DNA of 32,000 bases from Nostoc sp. PCC 7120 = FACHB-418 (lineage in GTDB: Bacteria > Cyanobacteriota > Cyanobacteriia > Cyanobacteriales > Nostocaceae). The stretch is from contig NC_003272.1 in NCBI RefSeq assembly GCF_000009705.1, positions 2,010,001-2,042,000 of the forward strand. Direction: 5' to 3'. Positions 25,592-32,000 of the stretch are shown here, piece after piece. A program made the translations under genes and the position numbers. The notes beneath the pieces were generated by a model, which was not told the DNA's origin, did no database searches, and saw only the letters and a list, made by a program, of their open reading frames with translations. How positions within the stretch are numbered: position 1 is the stretch's first letter; every line of letters starts with the position of its first letter.

Positions 25592-26116
25592 CAAAAGGCT
25601 CCGCAAAATTGGATTTAGCGAACCTAAGCGAGTCAAGCAAAAATTAAAATCTATATAGGGAACAAATATCTTTAGGAGATCATCTCAGTAATTTCTAAAA
25701 TTTTGTCTCTTTAAAGAATTTTTTAATCAAAACAACATAAATCAGGAATGTCATTGACACCAAAAAATTTTGTAATCTCCACAAAAATAGTGTATTCCAA
25801 GAGCGTTGGTGAGAATTAAAAGCGCAGTAAATTTTGTCAATCAGTTAAAATACTCAAAAAATTAAATTAAGAATTGATAAATCTAACCAAGTCTGGATCA
25901 GGTTCAGACTAAATATGATATGAACAGGTCTTACTCACCCAGGTTGTCTGTTGAGACTGGGTGTAAGGCTCTTAAAAATTTATACTCCTACACCCTTGTC
26001 TAAACTCTTGATTTTTCGTTTTCATGGGTAAGTCCTAAATTATTGTTGTTTGCATCTCACTAGGGTAAGCAAAGCTATACTGCTCAAAAATGCTCTAATT
26101 TTTAGGCTATTAATAA

Positions 26117-27025
26117 TTACGAATCATCCTGATTTTTCAGGGTTAGCCGTAAATAAGTATTTTCATCGATATCTACAGATAGTTGTTCGATATTTTCCCC
26201 TAAATCTTTTTGTAGTTTCTGAGTTAATGTAACTGGAAAATCTAAACTAATACCTTGATTTTGTACTAGATTAGACAACTCAGAAAACTGTACTTTCACA
26301 ACTTTGCGTTGATAACTGGTGAGTTTGTAAGTAGAAGTTTCCGATATATTTTGAGTCTGCATAGCTTTTTTTAATTGCTCTTGTAGATACTCATATTCAG
26401 AATTTAACAATTTCCACTGTTCTTCTATTTGGGAAAAGCGTGAGTTGATAACTGTTATATCTAATGTTTCTGGATCGGGGTTGCTTTCTATTTGCAGTTC
26501 TAACAAACGGCGATGGATTTGAGCCAGGTAAATACAATCTAAATAAGCATATTCTATTTGTTCTTCGCTTAGAGGTCGTTGTCCCCAATTGCTACCTTGT
26601 TCTTGTTTATCAATATTATTAAAATTACATAATAATTTAGCTAAACTTTGCAGTTGGTAATTTTGTACTGGCAAGAGATAATAAGGAATTTTTTTGGCAA
26701 TTTCTAAAGTGCAGGTAATATTTCTGGCTTGCTTATTGCCCAGAAGTTTGACATCAAAGTTAGCATTGTGAAACACCTTTTCAATATTTGTGTTTACCAT
26801 AATTTTATCAACAAAGTCAGCTACTAAATCAGGCTGATCAAGTACATCCAAAAGGTAAACGCGATCGCCACTCATATCGTTAGGATCATCTAATACCTGA
26901 ATCAGCGATAATCGAGGATTACGACTTTTATAGTCAGCGACCTCGGTATCTATCCATAAAGTAGTAGCTTGAGTATATCCAGCAACTATGGCACGAATTT
27001 CCCTGGCATCAGTTAAGTATGGCAT
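26117..27025 (-). CDS. DEDDy-type 3'-5' exonuclease (RNase D / DNA_pol_A_exo1-like) with an unassigned C-terminal extension
   Basis: Exo motifs are LWIDTEVAD (Exo I), HNANFDVKLL (Exo II) and YAYLDCIYL (Exo III, Y-x3-D). The start is set to the ATG at 27025 (MPYLTD...), because the ORF-track start at 27055 is TTG. Confidence 0.8.
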   Translation of the reverse strand: MPYLTDAREIRAIVAGYTQATTLWIDTEVADYKSRNPRLSLIQVLDDPNDMSGDRVYLLDVLDQPDLVADFVDKIMVNTNIEKVFHNANFDVKLLGNKQARNITCTLEIAKKIPYYLLPVQNYQLQSLAKLLCNFNNIDKQEQGSNWGQRPLSEEQIEYAYLDCIYLAQIHRRLLELQIESNPDPETLDITVINSRFSQIEEQWKLLNSEYEYLQEQLKKAMQTQNISETSTYKLTSYQRKVVKVQFSELSNLVQNQGISLDFPVTLTQKLQKDLGENIEQLSVDIDENTYLRLTLKNQDDS

Positions 27026-27110
27026 TGGTGGATATGTCCTGATATTTGCACTCAACAGCTAAAAATATATTTACAATTCATTGAGAATTGCTATACAATT
27101 TTATTCTGAT

Positions 27111-27217
27111 AAGAAGGGGAGTAGCTGCTGGCAAAAGCCAGTACATCTGAATCAACATACTGGCGATGAGCCTGGTTCAGGTGACAACTAGAAAATATTT
27201 GGAAGCGAGACCTTCAC
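27111..27217 (+). promoter_or_regulatory. yybP-ykoY (Mn2+-sensing) riboswitch-like leader
   Basis: - GAAGG-GGAGUAGC at 27113..27125 matches the conserved AAAGGGGAGUAGC.
- The hairpin is CUGGC-AAAA-GCCAG (27128..27141).
- CUGAA...UUCAG is followed by GUGACAAC.
- UUUGGAAGCGAGACC-UUC at 27198..27215 matches the conserved ...UUUAGCAAGACCUUU.
- P1 pairs GAAGG (27113..27117) with CCUUC (27211..27215).
- A UPF0016 gene lies downstream; this class of gene is known to be controlled by the riboswitch. Confidence 0.7.
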
Positions 27218-27233
27218 TAAGTTCACATTTAAG

Positions 27234-27935
27234 ATGTGGCTTGGTGGGGTCTTTTGGCATTCATCAAGCTTCACATCGGTAAACATTTTTCAGGAGCTTG
27301 AGAGAGTGCTAACAGCTTTTACCGCAGGTTTATTACTAATTACAGTTTCAGAACTGGGAGATAAAACTTTCTTCATCGCCATGATCTTGGCAATGCACCA
27401 TTCCCGACGATGGGTATTTACAGGAGTGGTGGGCGCTTTAGCCGCAATGACAATACTCTCGGTATTATTTGGCAAAGCTGCATCTCTATTGCCACCAGTG
27501 TACATTTATTACGCTGAAATAACCTTATTTATTGCCTTTGGTCTGAAACTGTTGTATGACGCTAGTAAGATGTCGGCGGCGGCGGATAAAGCTGAAGTGA
27601 TGGAAGAGATGGAAGAGGCGAAAGCAGCCGTAGAAAAAGCAGATTTACAGCTACCAAAACAAAAAACGCCCTTATCAATTATATTAGAAGCCTTTGTCTT
27701 GACCTTTATGGCAGAGTGGGGCGATCGCACCCAAATAGCCACCATAGCCTTAGCCGCAGGTAATAACATTATTGGTGTCACCATAGGAGCCATTTTAGGT
27801 CATGCCATTTGTGCGGCGATCGCTGTCATTGGGGGCAAAATGATTGCCGGGAAAATTTCTGAACGTCAGCTTACCTTTGCCGGCGGATGCCTATTTTTGA
27901 TTTTTGGTATTGTCGCCGCTATTGAAGGAGTGTAA
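27234..27935 (+). CDS. GDT1/TMEM165/UPF0016-family cation (Mn2+/Ca2+) transporter, Mnx/PAM71-type
   Basis: It has two copies of the family signature E-x-G-D-[KR]-[TS] (ELGDKT, EWGDRT) in a two-fold hydrophobic repeat. The start is ambiguous: ATG at 27234, or an in-frame GTG at 27306 preceded by AGGAG (27292..27296) that would give a 209-aa product. Confidence 0.85.
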   Translation: MWLGGVFWHSSSFTSVNIFQELERVLTAFTAGLLLITVSELGDKTFFIAMILAMHHSRRWVFTGVVGALAAMTILSVLFGKAASLLPPVYIYYAEITLFIAFGLKLLYDASKMSAAADKAEVMEEMEEAKAAVEKADLQLPKQKTPLSIILEAFVLTFMAEWGDRTQIATIALAAGNNIIGVTIGAILGHAICAAIAVIGGKMIAGKISERQLTFAGGCLFLIFGIVAAIEGV

Positions 27936-28004
27936 CAATTCAACATTTAAAATTCTTATCCTACTCATCAATAACCCCCTAAAAATTGGGGGTTAGAGTT
28001 TTCT

Positions 28005-28886
28005 TTATTGCTTCGGGGTGCTTTCAGGAGTGGGAGCGGGAGGTGCAGGCGGAGCAGGTGCAGGAGATACAGTTGCGGCTTTATTAATCTCATCTTTGTA
28101 TTGAGCCGGCGCTAAAGCCAAGGCACTATCAAACAAAGGTTTAGCCTCGGTGGCTTTTCCTTGTTGCTTCAACAGCATAGCCTTTGCCAAAACTGGACGA
28201 AAATCCTTCGTATCTTTCTGAATTGCTTGGTCAAATGCCGAAATCGCTTGAGGATAACGTTTCTGAGCAGCATGAACATTACCCAGTAGCACCTGTACAG
28301 CCACTACATCCACACTCCCCGGCTGGATGGTATTGGCTTGGGCAGCATTAGTCAGAGTATCTTGCAACAAACCAACCGCAGCTTCTGGACGTTGCTGATC
28401 TAACAAAAGAACTACCATCCCTTGCAAAGCCTTTAAATCACCAGGTTTGGTATCCAAAATTGAGCGATAAGCTGTAGCCGCCCCTTCCTTGTCACCAATT
28501 TGCTGTTTGGCTTGGGCTAATAGCACTCCATACTCCGACTGATTAGGATTAAGCTTGGCTAGCTTTTCCAGAGGCTCTATCACGCTCTGGACATTACCTT
28601 GTTTTAAAGCTAAAAGTTGCAGCCGCGCTTGTAATAAACCCTTCAATGCAGTTTGATTTTCTGGTTCCCGTTGTAAAACCAATTCATATCCACGTACTTC
28701 GTCTGCCAATTTGGATTGTTGATTAGAGGCGAGCGAGTCGCCTTGGTTACTAGCACTATTCTGGTTTGAGGGTGACGTATTATCATTCAACGCCCCAATA
28801 ATGGGAACAACTGAAACACCCACAAAAGCTAGAACTGCTAGCGCCAAGATGAGTTGAACTATCCACCGATTGCGCGGTTGAGACAC
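28005..28886 (-). CDS. Membrane-anchored TPR-repeat protein with a Pro/Ala-rich C-terminus
   Basis: 293-aa ORF with a GTG start and GGAGGG upstream. It has an N-terminal TM helix (IVQLILALAVLAFVGVSVVPII), several TPR-like A/L/Y-rich 34-mers, and a C-terminal PAPAPPAPPAPTPESTP. Confidence 0.7.
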   Translation of the reverse strand: MSQPRNRWIVQLILALAVLAFVGVSVVPIIGALNDNTSPSNQNSASNQGDSLASNQQSKLADEVRGYELVLQREPENQTALKGLLQARLQLLALKQGNVQSVIEPLEKLAKLNPNQSEYGVLLAQAKQQIGDKEGAATAYRSILDTKPGDLKALQGMVVLLLDQQRPEAAVGLLQDTLTNAAQANTIQPGSVDVVAVQVLLGNVHAAQKRYPQAISAFDQAIQKDTKDFRPVLAKAMLLKQQGKATEAKPLFDSALALAPAQYKDEINKAATVSPAPAPPAPPAPTPESTPKQ

Positions 28887-29265
28887 GATTTAAATGCCCT
28901 CCATATCTATAATCACATTATTATCGACACAAATTAGAAAGTTAAAAATTTCCAAAACTTTGCGGAATACCGTCAAATACCTGTGAATTTTATAACAAAC
29001 CACAAGTTAGCACTGCTAAAGTAAGTGATGACTTTAGGAGGAGCCATCAGAATAGAAGCTGTGATATGCTTCCGAAACTAGTGTAAAGGCGCTAAATTAC
29101 AGATTTAGAGTAGAATGACGAGTCTAGCGTCTTTAAAATTATATAGAGCGTTTTCGTGTGATTTTGTGAAAAGCCAATATACTTTCATCAGCCACACAAG
29201 CGCTCTTTCTCGATGCTTTAGTAAAATCCCATAATTGGGATGTGTCTCCGCCGCAAGGAGTTTTT

Positions 29266-30261
29266 ATGACTTCCGACCTGATGCCTTCGCCTGAATCTTC
29301 CAACTCTTTTGCCTCAGATCAGCCTCAAACTAACATAGAGGCGGCCGCTAATATTCATATAGCAGCACCCCAGTCCTCTAAGCCTGAAAATTCGTCACTC
29401 AACACTAGTGAGAATGCCACAGATGAGAACTTAGCCGATCGCCAGCAACCAATTCCACCTCCCAGTGAACCAATGCAATACAGAGCCATTGGTTTAGTCC
29501 GGGGTCGTTACCGTGCCAGCGATGAACAATTTACCCAAGGTATCTTACTGACCACAGATGGCGTAGAACTCAACGCCGTCCTCCTGGGTCGGATTATGAG
29601 CCTAGTCAAAAATCATCTAGACCTAGAACAAGACCATTTGTGGGTAGTTTATCCCCGCACAAGGCAAGAAAACGACACTCTGCATATCCAAATCGTCGGA
29701 GTTTGGGAACCAGAAAATCTGGCTAAAAATTCGACAGAAGAAGATGAGCAAGATGCGCTTTCACAAGAAACCATACCCGAAGAGCCAGAAGCAGCTACAA
29801 AATCCCCAGCGCCTTCATCCAATATTCCTGATGGTGGTTTTTCCGTCCGTGGAGAAGTAGTTTATCAGTCTTTCGATGCTAAAAGCTTAGTTGTTAAAAT
29901 TAAGCAGGCTCCACGTAAACCAACTGATAAGCCCAAATATTTCAAGTTGAAACTGCGGGGTGTGTTAACCACCAAAGCGGTAGGGAAGTTTTGGGACTTC
30001 CAAGCCAAGCGAGAAGGTGACGTTCTGGTAGTACAAACGGCAGAAGCGATTGCTGACTTGCCCAAAAAACGCCGACCACCGTTTAAAGGCGGCGGCGGCG
30101 GTGGCCCCCGTGGTGGTTTCAGAAAACCATTCCCCCCCAGAAGACCAGGAGAAACGCCCCGCCCAATCAAGAAAGTCGGTGGCGAAACCTCTGCGGTTTC
30201 CAAACCCCAACCGAAAGCACCGGTTCCCAAGCCGGTGAAGAAACCCAAGCCGACGGAGTAG
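29266..30261 (+). CDS. Conserved hypothetical protein with a basic Gly/Pro/Arg-rich C-terminal tail
   Basis: ORF trimmed to the ATG at 29266, which is preceded by AAGGAG (29255..29260). It has a structured core (MQYRAIGLVRGRY...HIQIVGVWEP, and FSVRGEVVYQS...VLVVQT) and a tail KKRRPPFKGGGGGGPRGGFRKPFPPRRPGETPRPIKK. I recognise no family. Confidence 0.6.
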   Translation: MTSDLMPSPESSNSFASDQPQTNIEAAANIHIAAPQSSKPENSSLNTSENATDENLADRQQPIPPPSEPMQYRAIGLVRGRYRASDEQFTQGILLTTDGVELNAVLLGRIMSLVKNHLDLEQDHLWVVYPRTRQENDTLHIQIVGVWEPENLAKNSTEEDEQDALSQETIPEEPEAATKSPAPSSNIPDGGFSVRGEVVYQSFDAKSLVVKIKQAPRKPTDKPKYFKLKLRGVLTTKAVGKFWDFQAKREGDVLVVQTAEAIADLPKKRRPPFKGGGGGGPRGGFRKPFPPRRPGETPRPIKKVGGETSAVSKPQPKAPVPKPVKKPKPTE

Positions 30262-30373
30262 GAAGGGGGCAGGGAAGTAGGGAGCAGGGAAGGCTGGGGA
30301 GTAGGGGGACTGGGGAGAAATATTAATCCCCAATCCCCAATCCCCAATCCCTAATCCCTAATCCCCAATCCCT
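30262..30373. repeat. Inverted STRR-type element: G-run repeats facing a 7-unit AATCCCC heptamer array, between convergent genes
   Basis: GGAAGGGGGCAGGGAAGTAGGGAGCAGGGAAGGCTGGGGAGTAGGGGGACTGGGGAG - AAATATTA - (AATCCC[CT])x7 at 30325..30373. The near-loop stem is TGGGGA/TCCCCA. The array overlaps the stop codon (30372..30374) of the DUF39 gene. Confidence 0.75.
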
Positions 30374-31541
30374 AAAAATCCGTCCAACGGTCTTGAGGCA
30401 GAAACGAACGCTCTTTGGGAATCGGTGCTACTGGTTCCGTAAGAGTGAAACTACCTGCCTCAATCCACTGTTTTAACTCTAAGGCTACCTGTCGAGCTAG
30501 AAACATACTAGCCAAAGGAGCAGCCCGGACTGTTTTGCCCTCAATGGTGATACGCCCAGACTTGAGTTGGGCGTAACTCACCAAACCAAATGTGGGACGA
30601 ACGCGCCGAGGAATGGAAAAGTCTACTATTGGCGCTACTAAATCTTGGTCTTGAACTGCACAGTGTTCTACAACCTCTTCATTTAACACCGGCAGTGGGA
30701 TACCTACGCCCAACATCAACGAAGGACCATAGCTTTTGAAATAACAACCCCTCACCCAACGAGCATCCATTTGCTTGGCATCACCAATTAAAGCTAGAGT
30801 CGCCGCCGGGCCAATTGGGGTTTGATTGGCTAGGCGCTTTTGTAAGGGAAAGTGTTGAGTACCTTCCCAAGCCACATAACCAATCCCACCACCCAAGAAA
30901 ATTCTTGTGCCAATACCAACGAGTTGTAAGTTAGGGTCATTGAATAGGGGAGAAATTGCCCCAGGATTGGAGTAAACAGCATTACCCAAACGTGGTTGTA
31001 AGGGGCCGAGATAAGTATGAAGTGGGCGATCGCCTCCATTCACACCTACGATAAAATTTTGGTAGAGATTCCGAGGATTGAATAGATAAAACTGATTTAT
31101 CGTGTCGCGGGTAATTGTTGTTTCAAAACTCGCTCTCGGATAACAATCAGTTACCTGTCCTTGCGCTCTGACGTGTATAGGTTTACCTGCGATTAAATCT
31201 TCGATCACATGACCGCCGCCACGTTCTCGGACTTCTTCACCGTCCATCAAGTCTACAGCACAGCTAGCACCCAGGTATAAATCAACAGCCCCAAAACCAC
31301 TGTATGCTGGAACACCATCTAACCAGCAACGGCGAATTTTGATTGGTGGGTCAGTGTGTCCGAGATTGAGAATAGCGCCAGTTGATTCCATTGGTTCAAA
31401 AGTGCCAGTAGTAACTACATCAACCTCTTGAGCAACTTTACTCACACCAACTTCTAAAACTCGTGCCTTTAATTCCTCAACCGTTAGGACTGTCGCCGTT
31501 TTACGGTTAATTTTTTCATTAATTTCCGCAATAGTTCGCAT
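30372..31541 (-). CDS. DUF39/COG1900-family protein (homocysteine biosynthesis protein homologue)
   Basis: ORF trimmed to the ATG at 31541 (31568 is TTG); 389 aa. The N-terminus RTIAEINEKINRKTATVLTVEELK and overall composition match my recollection of the COG1900 family. This was not verified by a search. Confidence 0.7.
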   Translation of the reverse strand: MRTIAEINEKINRKTATVLTVEELKARVLEVGVSKVAQEVDVVTTGTFEPMESTGAILNLGHTDPPIKIRRCWLDGVPAYSGFGAVDLYLGASCAVDLMDGEEVRERGGGHVIEDLIAGKPIHVRAQGQVTDCYPRASFETTITRDTINQFYLFNPRNLYQNFIVGVNGGDRPLHTYLGPLQPRLGNAVYSNPGAISPLFNDPNLQLVGIGTRIFLGGGIGYVAWEGTQHFPLQKRLANQTPIGPAATLALIGDAKQMDARWVRGCYFKSYGPSLMLGVGIPLPVLNEEVVEHCAVQDQDLVAPIVDFSIPRRVRPTFGLVSYAQLKSGRITIEGKTVRAAPLASMFLARQVALELKQWIEAGSFTLTEPVAPIPKERSFLPQDRWTDF

Positions 31542-31835
31542 TTTAAATGTAGCGGATAGACATTTCAATTATGAGGCAGTATGTCTGCCAGATAACCGAT
31601 TAAATCAGTTTGGCGAGAAAAATCCAATAACCTTCATCAGAAATGTACATCAGCCAGTTATAGATTTACCAATATTAGTATTAATGGTAAGGAGTAGAGT
31701 TTGGCATTAATATTCAGCCAAATCTAAATATAGGACTCCTATTTGATTTTTGTTAGTGTAGCCTGCACTATGGGCTGACGAGTCCCAGTAAATAAGTCAA
31801 TTTACAAATCAGATTGTCAAATTACCAAACTAGCT

Positions 31836-32000
31836 TTAATTATTAGCTAATTCCGGTATAGTAGCTTCTAACTTGAGACAATTAGCCCCATCAACTTGTA
31901 ACTGATATTCGACTTTATCCATTAAACGATTCATAATTAGCCAACCATAGCCGCCTTCTTGCCTATCATCAGGATTGGGCGGGAAGTAGGTAGACATATC
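31836..32000 (-). CDS. 3' end of a gene for an RsbW/SpoIIAB-like anti-sigma serine kinase (HATPase_c_2); partial
   Basis: The minus-strand frame reads ...DMSTYFPPNPDDRQEGGYGWLIMNRLMDKVEYQLQVDGANCLKLEATIPELANN*. The GGYGWLIMNRLMD block is typical of the G2 box and C-terminus of these kinases. Only 54 codons lie inside the window. Confidence 0.5.
   Translation of the reverse strand, partial: DMSTYFPPNPDDRQEGGYGWLIMNRLMDKVEYQLQVDGANCLKLEATIPELANN

Noticed and set aside
25592-26116. Search for an attachment-site repeat of the tRNA-Pro 3' end, an integrase remnant, or a small gene at the far side of the NRPS/adhesin block.
   Set aside because: No match to the tRNA 3' end was found by eye. Only tiny ORFs (17-26 aa) without convincing context are present. 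A hairpin (CTTA-CT-CACCCAG ... CTGGGTG-TAAG, about 25935..25972) lacks a U-tract on either strand.
26050-26232. 60-aa + strand ORF overlapping the 3' end of the exonuclease gene.
   Set aside because: It has no ribosome-binding context, overlaps a better-supported gene, and its AT-rich sequence yields an Leu/Ile/Phe-rich translation.
29865-30347. 160-aa and 122-aa minus-strand ORFs opposite the 3' end of the 29266..30261 gene.
   Set aside because: They are antisense readings of the Gly/Pro-rich tail and the STRR element. They have no start context and a repetitive low-complexity translation.
31775-31782. CTGACGAG, which resembles the hammerhead ribozyme core CUGANGAG.
   Set aside because: There is no downstream GAAA element and no three-stem arrangement around it, so it is probably a chance octamer.

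Overview
This 32-kb chromosomal segment comes from a filamentous Nostoc/Anabaena-type cyanobacterium. The taxon call rests on three things. HIP1 palindromes (GCGATCGC) are frequent, e.g. at 738..745, 1130..1137, 16806..16813 and 20510..20517. STRR-like heptamer arrays sit at gene ends. The furA-sigC locus resembles all1691/all1692 of Anabaena sp. PCC 7120 as I recall it, including FurA with Cys101/104/133/141/144 and a His5 run.

Gene order, left to right:
- partial IS200/IS605 element (tnpA plus a possible divergent tnpB stub)
- Tat-exported metallophosphoesterase
- Pro-rich membrane protein
- GAF histidine kinase
- cobN
- peptidoglycan-binding repeat protein, convergent on furA
- sigC, gpsA, lipA, tRNA-Pro(CGG)
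- a two-gene accessory block: a 1449-aa NRPS with the unusual layout A-T-C-T-TE, and a ~2000-aa hyper-repetitive adhesin-like protein
- DEDDy 3'-5' exonuclease
- a yybP-ykoY (Mn2+) riboswitch-like leader in front of a GDT1/UPF0016 (Mnx/PAM71-type) transporter
- TPR protein, a conserved hypothetical with a basic Gly/Pro tail, a DUF39/COG1900 homologue, and a partial anti-sigma-type kinase

The most interesting items are:
1. The adhesin has an N-terminal head carrying both signature motifs of Cys-Gln internal thioester domains, yet shows no recognisable export or anchor signal.
2. The neighbouring NRPS has a terminal module that lacks an adenylation domain.
3. The Mn-riboswitch/UPF0016 pairing.
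4. The convergent layout at furA can generate an antisense RNA.
5. Four in-frame STRR-like insertions lie inside cobN.

All coordinates and motif calls were made by hand without searches. No family assignment has been checked against HMMs.
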